A stretch of 63,753 nucleotides of DNA, the filler included, from Octopus bimaculoides (taxonomy: Eukaryota): assembly GCF_001194135.2 (NCBI RefSeq). It is 7 parts of 5 records of this genome, joined end to end, with 100 filler letters (N's around TTAATTAATTAA, not from the genome) between each part and the next. Parts side by side here need not be neighbours in the genome. Positions count along the whole stretch, not along the records: positions 7,982 to 16,722 come from NC_068982.1; positions 16,823 to 29,381 come from NC_068994.1; 5 more parts are not named here. One strand, written 5' to 3'. The position numbers were made by a program, and so were the translations under genes. The notes under the pieces were generated by a model. It did no database searches, was not told where the DNA came from, and saw only the letters and a list, made by a program, of their open reading frames with translations. Shown in pieces: positions 13,423-25,997 of this stretch (the stretch's first letter is position 1; the number at the start of each line of letters is the position of its first letter).

Positions 13423-14759
13423 CATATATATATATATATATGCATATATATANNNNNNNNNNNNNNNNNNNNNNNNNNNNNNNNNNNNNNNNNNNNNNNN
13501 NNNNNNNNNNNNNNNNNNNNNNNNNNNNNNNNNNNNNNNNNNNNNNNNNNNNNNNNNNNNNNNNNNNNNNNNNNNNNNNNNNNNNNNNNNNNNNNNNNNN
13601 NNNNNNNNNNNNNNNNNNNNNNNNNNNNNNNNNNNNNNNNNNNNNNNNNNNNNNNNNNNNNNNNNNNNNNNNNNNNNNNNNNNNNNNNNNNNNNNNNNNN
13701 NNNNNNNNNNNNNNNNNNNNNNNNNNNNNNNNNNNNNNNNNNNNNNNNNNNNNNNNNNNNNNNNNNNNNNNNNNNNNNNNNNNNNNNNNNNNNNNNNNNN
13801 NTAATAGCAATAAAAGTAAAAATAAAAATAAAAATAAAAATATAAATACATATATGTACACCAGAATCTATACAAACACATCTAGTTTCATACAAAAACA
13901 TGAATATATATATATACACACACACACACACACTCTCCCACAGATACACGTATATATATTAACACTTATACACGTATAATCATACACACATATATATTTT
14001 GTATGTATTTGTTGTTACATGAATTTATAAAGACATTCATACGTAACTTAATATACTCCCTAGATGTGTGGTAATTATTAATAAGGTAGAGGGATATTTA
14101 ACTGAAGGTGGTTCATATATAAGTGAATGAGATGATAAATGAATGAAAATTACTAAATGAATTAAAGAATAATAAAGTTAATAGGTTGTCTATTAATCTA
14201 CATGAAATGATTACTTTATTATTATATGCTAGACAAGTTGGGCTGAATTAGGGGTTGAAAGAGTAAATCTTGCTTAAGAAGACACAGTCAAAAATATAAA
14301 TAAGCTTTATTACAGGAATTCCGTAACATATTTGTTGATGTAAAAGTTTTATCGAGTATATTATGGGTGAATGTTACCATACATAAACCAAAAATAATGC
14401 GCTTTTTTATGTTCAAAGATTTTATATGTTCTAATTTAGGTTAATAAATAAAGAATGTTTAGATAAATTATGTCAATCGTAAACAATTTTAATCTCCTAA
14501 CATATGAGGGAGTTAATAACATGTTTTACTAGAACTATTTGATGAACTCATATATTACGGGTTATTTTGATAGAGTTTTATAAAAACAGTGATTGTTATT
14601 TAAATGCTGAAAATACATGTTGTTGCCAATGTTTACATCTGTAAGAATTTTCTATGAACGTGTTTACAGCATGGCGGAAGAACGGTACAGTTAAATAATT
14701 TTTAATAATCTGTTCTGATAGATAATTGTGTTTTTTGGTCATTTATTCTAATGGAAGCC

Positions 14760-14841
14760 ATTCCTGAGGAAGTGCCAAACGTCAGACATCCAACGGATCA
14801 GTCTCTGGATAGAGTCAAGCACAGAAATGTTGACATCGAAT
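14760..14841 (+). ncRNA. Type-I hammerhead ribozyme-like motif, intact core
   Basis: ATTC CTGAGGA A GTGC..(inner hairpin AGAC-ATCC/GGAT-GTCT)..GCAC A GAAA TGT TG ACA TC GAAT. Stem I is ATTC/GAAT, stem II GTGC/GCAC, stem III ATGT/ACAT, and the cleavage triplet is AUC (14835-14837). An AT-rich tail with AATAAA lies downstream. Confidence 0.7.
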
Positions 14842-16360
14842 TGTAAATAATTAAATTAATGGAATAAAAATCGATCGTGTTGGAAGTCTCTATCGTTTTT
14901 AAGTATACAAATTTGAAACCTTGGATATATATATATATATATATATTTATGNNNNNNNNNNTAATTATTAATTTTATTACTAATTGATGATTCCCTGCCC
15001 TGCATATCTATATATATATATATATATATACATATATATATACAAATATATCATGAAATACATACCTACAGTATGTATATATATATATATATATATATGG
15101 TATAGAGTTATCAATAACCAGTTGTTAGAACTTATATACAATGATTTTGAGTGAAGCGTTAGGTAAGAAACGAGCATAAAATATATATAAATGCAAAGAC
15201 AACGAGGTTCACGTGATTAAATTCATTAGCAGAGACCCGTTTCTGCTATTATAAGAAGCAGTGCACTCCGAGCTGGTCGCTTGTGCAAAATTCTAAAGCT
15301 TCTTAGAAGCCATTAAAATGAAATGAATGCTTATTTCAGAAATCCTTTAAATACATTGAGTTAGTTATATTCAAATCCATATAAGGTCTCACCTATCCTG
15401 TGAGAAGCGAGATACCTAAATATGTGATATAAAGCCATTAACATGAATCACAATGTGCTTACCTTTCTATGACTCATTGTTACGATTATTAATGGAGAAG
15501 ACCACAATGACCTATGTATAAGGAATACATTTTGTGATTTAATAAAATGTAAACTTAAATATGGTTTTGTGTTTGTATGGTTTCTTCAGCATTTCTTTAG
15601 AAGATTCTAATATATCTGAAAAGGCTTTTATAAGTACATAACATATAAAACTTCCTTGATAATTTCTTAAATTCTCTTTTACACATCATTATATATCATT
15701 ATATACTTTTCCACTTAACTTCGTAACTTTTCTTCTTTACAGTAAATCTACCGAAAAATCTACCTGTATTTTAATATAATTTAAAATTACATTTTCGATA
15801 TTTTTCTCGCTTTTATTTTTTCAATTAATTCAATCTTATGAAATAACTTGTGAATAAAATTGAAAAACAAATATTCAAATTTATCTGATTTGAACTGAAA
15901 TTGATATTTTTTTCTTTTGAGATGGAAGGTAAAATATCGAAAAGAGTTTGCCTATGGAAGTCAGCAATAATATCTACTTCTTTCGAAAGAAATGAACTTA
16001 AACTTTATACGACAATGACTTTTTCAATGTATACTATATTACATATAATTCCTGATACTGTTAGACCGTGTTAAACCGATTAAACAATCTATTTTCGTAA
16101 TTTATATGGATTACAATCTATTAATCTCTTGTCTCATTAGCTTACAAAAATTATACTCGTCTTAGGATTTCCCTCATAAACCTTGTATCAGATAATATAT
16201 TGTACTCCTCGCATTAATACATTTGAGGACGCTGAATGCAAATGGTATCATTTGCAGAGAGTTGTGAAAATAATTTAAGTAGTTTAATAAAATATTAGCT
16301 CTCAAAGTTTAATGTGAAATGACAGGAACGAAATTGGCTCTAGTACGTTTTATATATCAA

Positions 16361-16512
16361 ATATCAAATATTAAAGGACTTGTATACTTTCTTGCATTTA
16401 AGCAGTCTTCAACGTCCCCGGTTGTGACAGGGATGTTTCCTTAAAAAAAAAACTGGGACCTTGAAGACTGCATAAATGCAAGAATGTATACTAGTCCTTT
16501 AATATTTGATAT
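16361..16512. mobile_element. Inverted-repeat (~62-bp arms) element with an outward-facing hammerhead-like motif in each arm
   Basis: Arms 16361-16423 and 16451-16512 are near-complementary. Right arm (+, 16456-16497): GGAC CTTGAAGA CTGCATAAATGCAA GAAT GTATAC TA GTCC. Left arm (-, 16376-16417): GGAC GTTGAAGA CTGCTTAAATGCAA GAAA GTATAC AA GTCC. Confidence 0.65.
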
Positions 16513-16822
16513 TCAATATTTCATTTATTCAATAAGACAATCAATACTGCATTTCATTTTACTATATATACTATATATACTATATATTCTATATCCTACA
16601 TTAATATTATAAGAATATGAAAAAGAAACATAAAAAACAGACACAGTTGGAATTCATTTGAATAATATATACAACAAAAACCAATAATATTTACGATGAA
16701 AATCATGACTTTATTTTAGATCNNNNNNNNNNNNNNNNNNNNNNNNNNNNNNNNNNNNNNNNNNNNTTAATTAATTAANNNNNNNNNNNNNNNNNNNNNN
16801 NNNNNNNNNNNNNNNNNNNNNN

Positions 16823-17097
16823 AGCTCCATGAGGCTCCGGCAGGGGTTGGTGGCGAACCCTGCTGTACTCTTTCACCACAACTTTCTCTCGCTCTTACTT
16901 CCTGTTTCTGTTGTGCCTATAATTCAAAGGGTCAGCCTTGTCACACTGTGTCACGCTGAATATCCCCGAGAACTACGTTAAGGGTACACGTGTCTGTGGA
17001 GTGCTCAGCTAATTGCACGTTAATTTCACGAGCAGGCTGTTCCGTTGATCGGATCAACTGGAACCCTCGACGTCGTAAGCGACGGAGTGCCAACAAC
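16823..17097 (+). mobile_element. SINE family A body and tail (head lost in gap)
   Basis: CCTTGTCACACTGTGTCACGCTGAAT..GCACGTTAATTTCACGAGCAGGCTGTTCCGTTGATCGGATCAACTGGAACCCTCG, also at 30844, 37577 and 60295. Confidence 0.9.
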
Positions 17098-17477
17098 AGT
17101 GTGTTGTCATATAAATTCCTTCGTTCCTTCCTAATTTTTATTAAATTAACACGAAAATTATTTTTTCGTAAAGTATTATATAATATTACAGCCCTGTCAT
17201 CCCCTACAGCTTTTCTTTGTTGTTTTTGAAATGTGAAGGAATATATGACGACTCACTGCGAAAAAGGGAAGGAAAAAATCATTTTTGACACCTGCTTCTC
17301 TCCACTTTCAATCAAGGTTCCAAAGCTGCCAAAACTGCTTGAGACATTTTTTTTTTTTATTTTCGGGTAGATAAGGCTGTTAGTAATGTTAAATAACCGA
17401 TGGTAGACAGTTTGGTTGCTGATCAGAAAATTTCTCCATTTTCTACTTAATTTATATATATATATATATAGGAGGAA

Positions 17478-17720
17478 TTTCAACCATGTTTCGTGGTCTG
17501 CTACCACAACAGCTCCTTTATAGGATTCAGTTAGCTCAAGACATCATCAGGAGGAACCACGTCCGGTTTTGGCCCCTACTCCTCTACCGTTTTGATGTGG
17601 CAGGGCCCCCCCTTTCGGAGGTGTCCTCAGCTCTGGTGTTGGGTGCATGTCTTCTTTCTTCTATTCCCTGGCCTCTTCGATGCAGCATCAACGAGTGTCA
17701 GCGTCCGGCTGATCGTCATG
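17478..17720 (-). mobile_element. Possible Penelope-like 3' end relic with a weak hammerhead-like motif
   Basis: Minus strand has CTGATGA (17550-17544) TGTCT..AGAC CAC GAAAC ATG GTT GAA with weak stems. Upstream, a frame reading IEEARE*KK loosely resembles the end of a GIY-YIG endonuclease. Confidence 0.3.
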
Positions 17721-17740
17721 TCAAATTCCCCTTTTTATAT

Positions 17741-17844
17741 CTGCTGCTAGGCTCCAGCAGTCAGCCCCAGCTAGTTGTCACGTGACACTGTCTAAATTTC
17801 CCGCTGCTAGGCTCCAGCAAGCAGCCCCAGCAAGTTGTCACATG
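17741..17844 (+). repeat. Imperfect tandem duplication, period 60 bp
   Basis: C.GCTGCTAGGCTCCAGCA..CAGCCCCAGC.AGTTGTCAC.TG at 17741 and 17801. Confidence 0.9.
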
Positions 17845-18571
17845 TGTATGTATATATATATATTTGAAATTACAAATCCTCTAGAATTGATCTGCCTACG
17901 AATGATATCGGGTAACGTTGGTTCCTGTGCCGTTCTTGATCTTTTTTGTTTTTGTTTTCTTTTGTTTTTTGTCAAGCTTTCGAGCAAGGCTATCACTTCG
18001 TTTAACGTGTAAAAGCACGATGGCAAAATGTGTGAAAACTGTAAAATAAGCGGCAATGCTGCCACAAGGTGAGGCCAACATGACTGCATTGCTTCATCGT
18101 TTAGCCGGAGTAAAAGACGGAAACTATTAAAGTTAATCTGTTGAGAGATCATCGGTTAAGAAGGGATCCATTAACGATTGGTCCATTAAGAGATGACTCA
18201 TTTAGATTTGATCCATCCATTAAGAGGTGAGATATTCAGAGGTGGTGCATCAAGAGTCGATCCATTGATGTTTATACAACGTTAAATTATCTTCAAGGTC
18301 GGCTCAATGAGATGAACACTGCCATTACGGAATAGAATTAAAAGAAAATTAATTTTTCAATAATACGAGTCACAATAAATTTCCCACAAGTTTTTTCTGA
18401 AACAAAACAAAATTTAAATAACAGTTGAAGAAACTGGATTTTAACATTAAGGATTCTTGTGGAATGGTAACTACGCTATCATATTGAGCTTCCTTTGAAT
18501 GCGTGCGTGCTGTACGACACGTGGTTTTGATATTACATAGTGAAAATAAAGGCCCGGTCTTTGTCTGTCTG

Positions 18572-18620
<49 letters not shown>

Positions 18621-18689
18621 NNNNNNNNNNNNNNNNNNNNNNNNNNNNNNNNNNNNNNNNNNNNNNNNNNNNNNNNNNNNNNNNNNNNN

Positions 18690-18728
<39 letters not shown>

Positions 18729-18744
18729 AGTAGTAGTATATAAT

Positions 18745-18848
18745 GAAATGGAGTGTTTTGTCCAAGACCACAGCACGCTGCCCGGTCTTCGAATCGAACC
18801 GATGACCTGATGACCGAGAGTGTAACAGTCAAACCACTAGGCCACACA
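18745..18848 (-). mobile_element. SINE tRNA-like head fragment
   Basis: GTGTGGCCTAGTGGTTTGAC..GGTTCGATTCG A and B boxes. Confidence 0.65.
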
Positions 18849-19590
18849 CCAAGTGGTTAGAGTGTTGCACTCGCAACGCACTCACTTGCGTCCTGGGAAA
18901 TTCGTTTTATAATTGATATTGTGACACTACAGCGACTAAAACAGCCGGTCAGTAGCTGTGCACATTGTAATTTGAAATATTTCTGCGCATTTGGGATTTT
19001 ACCAGGGATCAAATAATCGTTGAATGACCATTGACTCTTCTGAGCTTATTATCTCTACTTGGCTGGTTATGTTTTTCATCTCTCAAAGAGTTCCGTATTT
19101 AGTTTTTAGCAAGCAAAAATGATGGTGTTGCCACTTCAATCAGCGACTGTTCACTGTCTACTTATTGTAGTTGATCATGCTTTAATTATAACATATCTCT
19201 AGTTATCGTAAATTAAGGATAACGGTAATATAGAGAAAGAGACTTTGCTGTCGGTTTGGGGTCGCCCCCGCTAAGTAGGTGGATGTTGGGAAGAAAAGGG
19301 TAGTTATGAAGGGATTCCAGGTGGTTTAAAGTTCGCCTGTACTCGTGATGAAATACAGAGGGACTTGTCGAATTCCCACAGCACGTCACAAGGCCACGTG
19401 TGCCAGTAAGTGTACCGGTAGTCAATGGAATATATGAACTCTCATCAAGCGATATTTATTTAGCTTTGCAGAGATTGAAGGTTATAAGAAAGACGGGGAG
19501 GAGTGAGAAAAAGAAAAGAGGGAGAGAAAAAGAGAGACACACAAAGAGAGAGAGACACACACAGAAAGAGAGAGAGAGAGACATACACAA

Positions 19591-19639
<49 letters not shown>

Positions 19640-20157
19640 GAGCGAATTCGGGGCGAAGAGATACAAGAAAATATGGATGATTTCAAAGTAGCAGCTTGTA
19701 GATAAATAAGTCAGAGACGATTAAATTCTTTATCATTGTTCAGATAAGCCTTCAACAATATGGCTATTTGCAAATATCGAAACCTAGAGAGCTGATATTT
19801 ATATAGCTTAGTAGAAACGGACAGTGGATGTAAAATAAAATCAGGAAAAAAGAGAGAGAAAGAAACGAAAAGAGAGACGAGATGTTGTGTATATAAAACA
19901 TGAAGGTTTTTCAAATAAAACATTTTAAATGAAAAAGACAGAGGGAATTAAAATATTATCTTTCTTCAGACACACGTTTCAGCTACTTAGAAATACCCAC
20001 AGCTTGCTGGCAATGTTTATTGCATATATGCACACACACACACACATAGATACATACATACATACGTATATACATACATAAAACAAATGTATATATATAC
20101 ATAGATATATAAATATATGTATGTACAAATATATATATACATATATAAATATGTATG

Positions 20158-20212
<55 letters not shown>

Positions 20213-20213
20213 T

Positions 20214-20357
20214 TTATTAAAAAGCAGCAGAAATATCACAAAAACTGTTACTCGGAGTTTCACGTTCTTGTTCATCGGACAGTTCTGCAAGAATTTTAAC
20301 GAGAACATGAAATTCTGAGTAACAATTTTTGTGATATTTCTGCTGCTTTTCAATAAA
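20214..20357. mobile_element. Inverted-repeat (~58-bp arms) element carrying a minimal hammerhead-like motif
   Basis: Arms 20214-20272 and 20298-20357. Minus strand 20284-20243 reads AACTGT CCGATGA AC AAGAAC GT GAAA CT CCG AG TA ACAGTT, with a perfect 6-bp stem I, 2-bp stem II, 3-bp stem III and a U4C core variant. Confidence 0.7.
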
Positions 20358-20700
20358 CCATATTACTCTACCTCTGGCATTTCAGTACTCTTTTTGCCAC
20401 ATTCTTTCGTATTTATGTGCTTACTCCGGTATATATATATATATAATACAATATATATAATACAATATATATAATACAATATAGTATTTATATTTATTCA
20501 TTTCCAAGGGTTTTCTTTTAATAAGTATATCTGTTATAGAAATATTTATTTTATTTTTTAGCCCTTAATCTTTGGTTCTGATTCAATAAAAAAATGTGTT
20601 CTTCTACTCGGATGATATCTGAATTTTATCATAGATTCATTGTTGAATAGTTTTATCATGGCATTATGCCAGAAACAAGCACTATTAGGTTTCTTTTCAC

Positions 20701-20784
20701 ATAAAAGTGCCCCACTCTTATACAAAGGTACCCCCCTCTTATATAAAGGTACTTCACTCTTATATAAAGGTACCGCACTCATAT
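20701..20784 (+). repeat. 21-bp tandem repeat, 4 copies, consensus ATAAAGGTACCCCACTCTTAT
   Basis: Read directly at 20701, 20722, 20743 and 20764. Confidence 0.9.
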
Positions 20785-22487
20785 GGCTTAGATTGTTTTA
20801 TCTATGCTTCTTCTCTTACTTAGTCCTTAAATCCTCTTCTAGATTTTCATATCTTAATAGATAAATTTTACTATGTTTAGAGACACATTTTCCCCTGTAT
20901 TTCTAAGTCCCACACTTAGATCACAATGTGACCTCCTTTGTTTTCCATTTTAGGCCCCTTTAGTTGATAATCATATGTTAAGCCACCCGTTCCCCTCCTC
21001 TTTGTGGTTATCACCTTCTCTTTATATCCATTATCTTACTAGCATCTTCTGAGACATATTCTATTCTGTAGGTATGGCTGATTTTATGGTCATAGTGAAA
21101 TAGAGGCTAAGAAGAGTCTCTGACATTTGATAATTGATCGCCAAAAACAAGTACTTAACTGTCAATTCCCAATGGTTTTAATTCTAAGGGTATGTTGACT
21201 ACTTGCTGCATTAGGTCTGTTGAAAGTGATAAGGATAAAGATTAATGTAGCTATATCACTATTCCCTCTTTATTGATCTCCATTATTTCCTTCTGTTACT
21301 CTAAATCATAGTAGGTTTTAGATATTTTTCCTTAAATTCATTTTGTTACAATGATAGCCAAAAGAAGCATTGTATTTTAGTCTCTAGTACTGATGAAAAG
21401 TTAGCTAAAAATAAATTACAATGGGATATCCTGCTTGNNNNNNNNNNNNNNNNNNNNNNNNNNNNNNNNNNNNNNNNNNNNNNNNNNNNNNNNNNNNNNN
21501 NNNNNNNNNNNNNNNNNNNNNNNNNNNNNNNNNNNNNTTCGATCAGTGTGGAATGTTGGCTTGCTCACCTAGCCAGCAGGGTGGCGTCATTTGAAGGCTA
21601 AAACAATGCAAAAGCGCATCATGACCAGTGATGTTTAACAGCATTTGATACCCTGGTCAGTCACGTGATCACGTGATACATGTATATTTGTGCGTATGTA
21701 TGCATGCATGTATATATTACTCTAAATATTTATAGATTTTATAGATTTATAGAAATCGGATTTCTTATTTCTTAGAAATTTGTTCCTAACCATGACAAGA
21801 CTTTCGGTCTTTGGCAAACCTCGTTTGGATGAGACGCGAACCAAGATTTTTATCTGCTGATAACTAATCGAATCTGACACCACCGTCAATTTGCCACAAC
21901 CACCTGTACTCCACATCTTTTATCAGTCAAATCTACTGAAAATGGCTAAATAAAGAATGAAATTCAATGAAACAAATATAAAATATATTTCAAATAGAAA
22001 AATGCAAGGTATAGAGTAAATGTCTTCTGTTATACAGAGAATTCGATCTTGCTATTCAAACTGCATTTATATTCTGATCAATTGCTGCATTCGATATCGT
22101 GACATAGCTAAATACATACTGTTATTTTATTCAATATACATACAGGAACAACGAAACACGACCAATACAATTAAGTTTTGTGGCATTATATTTATACATT
22201 TAAATCACCAATTCCATTACAATCTTTTTGCTATTATTGCCATATTTGTATAGAAGCTTTTACTAAATCTAGCTTGCCCTTAATTCAGATGCTGCCGTTG
22301 CAACTACGGCTACTACTACTACTACTACTACTACTACTATTACTGTTACTACTGCTGTTACTGCTACTGTTATTTCTGAAACTACTGCTATTACTATTTA
22401 CAGTGACAATAGTAACAATAATAGTATTTTCGTCCTTTTCTTCTCAATGAACTATATACACAGTACATATATAATATTTAAACGTGC

Positions 22488-22526
<39 letters not shown>

Positions 22527-22657
22527 CGTGTATGTGTGTGTACAGATATATGTAAGCATAGCAAGCCTACACCGCCATGTAAACACAGACACAATACAAC
22601 ACATACATACATGCATGCATGCATACAGGTATGTGTATATGCATTATGTAGATAGAT

Positions 22658-22723
<66 letters not shown>

Positions 22724-22755
22724 GTAGGTAGGTAGGTAGTGTTATATATGTGCAC

Positions 22756-22792
<37 letters not shown>

Positions 22793-22802
22793 NNNNNNNN
22801 NN

Positions 22803-22840
<38 letters not shown>

Positions 22841-23167
22841 CAATAAATATTAATTAACGATACATACAAGCCTAGTGTACAAAAGTATGTATGCGCATAA
22901 CATATATATACATACACAGTAATGAATTAAAATGAACAATAATTTGTATGTATGCATGTATGTATATGTGTAAAACGCATGTATTTTAATGTATTCCCTG
23001 TCACTGGTAGCTTTTTTCGTATGCGCTCTTTGACTATCAATAGCGAATAATGCACGTGCGTAAGTGTTTCTGCAAAAGGTATGCTTTGAGTCCTGAGCTT
23101 CTCAACCATTGCTGGAATGTATGTATATAGTCGTGCGGAAATGTTGTTCGTGTGATACTTTGGCATA

Positions 23168-23220
23168 TTGTACTGAAGACAGCAAGGGGTTTTACAACCC
23201 CAAGCCAGAAATCGATCCAA
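23168..23220 (+). ncRNA. Decayed hammerhead-like motif
   Basis: CTGAAGA (23173-23179), a stem II with 8 of 12 positions paired (GGGGTT/AACCCC core), then GAAA TCGA TC with an ATCGAT palindrome and AUC triplet. Stem I is weak (TTG/CAA, offset by 2 nt). Confidence 0.45.
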
Positions 23221-23833
23221 AATTAACCATCTTTTTTCAAAAAAAAATCTTATTCATTTTTTTCATCTGCCCATTTACAACCCGTGCTAACGGAGTACAG
23301 ATGTGGTTTTTAGAACCATTTTGGCATCTATTTCTAGCGTGTTGGTGGGGTTTATCAGCACCCTTTAATACAATATTATATAATTATAAAATAGTATGTG
23401 TGTGTGTGTGTGTGCATGTGTGAGTGTGTGTGTGTGTATGATGTATGTATATATACGATCGAATTCCTTACAGATTCTGTCTACAAAATCCAATTCATAA
23501 AGCTTTGGTCGTGTTTATAGGAAACACTTGTCCAAGATCCGCGCAATGAGAGTGAACCCAAGACCACGTGTTTCGAAACCATCCTTCTTGCCCACACACC
23601 TACGTCTGCGCCCACATTCAGATTTTATATAAATTTTAGAATTTACAGGTACATACAACATCATTTGTTTTCTTTTCATTAATATTTTCTCTCTTGCGTC
23701 CTTTTATTTCATTCACTTCTTTCATTTTAATCACAAACTTCTTTTTTAACTTCTATCCTTTATTCAAGATTATTCACGATTTTACATTTCGTGTTTAGAT
23801 CGTTTGGCTTAGTTTTCTTGTTTTCTGTATGTA

Positions 23834-23870
<37 letters not shown>

Positions 23871-25211
23871 NNNNNNNNNNATATATATATATATATATAC
23901 AGAGAGAGCGAGAGAGAGAGAGAATTGCTATTATCTCTTCGCTAATGTTGAATTTTCGCTTTTCATTTATGTATTTAATTATTTACTTTTCCCCTTGTCG
24001 GCCTTTCATCTGGATTACTGCATATTTTATCTTTTCATTACCAAAACACATATACAGACAACCGCACATAAAGCGGACACACATACACAAACACGGATAC
24101 ACCTACAGACGTACATACATAATACACACATATATAAGTGTGTGTGTAAGTGCACGAGTGATTATATATTTGTATATACGTGTATATATGCATGAATATA
24201 AAGATCTATATTCATGCATACGCAAATTAACTCACACTTAAATATACATGCATACATATATTTATTTGAGTGTATTAATGAACATACGTGTGTGTGTTTG
24301 TTTGTAAAAATGTATATATATATATATGTGTGTATATATATATATGTGTGTATATACATATATGTTTATATATATAAATGTATATATATATATATATATA
24401 NNNNNNNNNNNNNNNNNNNNNNNNNNNNNNNNNNNNNNNNNNNNNNNNNNNNNNNNNNNNNNNNNNNNNNNNNNNNNNNNNNNNNNNNNNNNNNNNNNNN
24501 NNNNNNNNNNNNNNNNNNNNNNNNNNNNNNNNNNNNNNNNNNNNNNNNNNNNNNNNNNNNNNNNNNNNNNNNNNNNNNNNNNNNNNNNNNNNNNNNNNNN
24601 NNNNNNNNNNNNNNNNNNNNNNNNNNNNNNNNNNNNNNNNNNNNNNNNNNNNNNNNNNNNNNNNNNNNNNNNNNNNNNNNNNNNNNNNNNNNNNNNNNNN
24701 NNNNNNNNNNNNNNNNNNNNNNNNNNNNNNNNNNNNNNNNNNNNNNNNNNNNNNNNNNNNNNNNNNNNNNNNNNNNNNNNNNNNNNNNNNNNNNNNNNNN
24801 NNNNNNNNNNNNNNNNNNNNNNNNNNNNNNNNNNNNNNNNNNNNNNNNNNNNNNNNNNNNNNNNNNNNNNNNNNNNNNNNNNNNNNNNNNNNNNNNNNNN
24901 NNNNNNNNNNNNNNNNNNNNNNNNNNNNNNNNNNNNNNNNNNNNNNNNNNNNNNNNNNNNNNNNNNNNNNNNNNNNNNNNNNNNNNNNNNNNNNNNNNNN
25001 NNNNNNNNNNNNNNNNNNNNNNNNNNNNNNNNNNNNNNNNNNNNNNNNNNNNNNNNNNNNNNNNNNNNNNNNNNNNNNNNNNNNNNNNNNNNNNNNNNNN
25101 NNNNNNNNNNNNNNNNNNNNNNNNNNNNNNNNNNNNNNNNNNNNNNNNNNNNNNNNNNNNNNNNNNNNNNNNNNNNNNNNNNNNNNNNNNNNNNNNNNNN
25201 NNNNNNNNNNN

Positions 25212-25248
<37 letters not shown>

Positions 25249-25343
25249 CATACATACATACATACATACATACATACATAAATACATACATACATACATA
25301 TATACATAGACAGATAAACAGACAGATAGATAGATAGATAGAC

Positions 25344-25430
<87 letters not shown>

Positions 25431-25997
25431 CGGACAGATATACATGTATACGTATGCATACATTTCATTATATTTAGAAGTATAAATATATACCTCTATA
25501 GAGATCTGATGCGATTTTATTATTCCAATTTACTATAACGATCTCAAGATCTCCATGCACCAGTCAGCAATGTTTTTCCTCTTTTAAAATATTAAAACTT
25601 GCTATTTGTTTACTTCCATTGTTAATTTTTAAAATTTTCTTTAACATATTTCCCTCGGCTGTCAAAAGTGACAGCTAGTTGAATGAAATTTTTTCACAAT
25701 AGTTGCTTTTTATTTCTCTTCTAACTTATGAAATTATGACATATTATCAACATTTTCTATTAAGACTGAACTGCTTAATCGGCGCTATCTTTCTGTTATC
25801 ACGAATGTAATGGCTTCATAATACCGACGAAGCCTAAGTTACGTATTTTGTTTGCTTTGGTTGGAAAGGAATAAAAAAAGAATTATTGAAGCTCCTCTAC
25901 CAGTAAAAATGGTTTGTGAAAAGAATAAAAATAGAGATGAATCGTTCAGTTTTAGAAGCTGCAGTATTGTTGTTTAAATTGAATAAACGTTAGCAAA

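Noticed and set aside
20460-21420. Purine-rich minus-strand segment that looks like decayed coding sequence
   Set aside because: I could not recognise any protein motif, so it is left unassigned.
21722-21950. Possible Penelope terminus on the minus strand (GGT..ACC GAAAG TCT TGTCA)
   Set aside because: The core and stem I cannot be placed without several assumed mutations.
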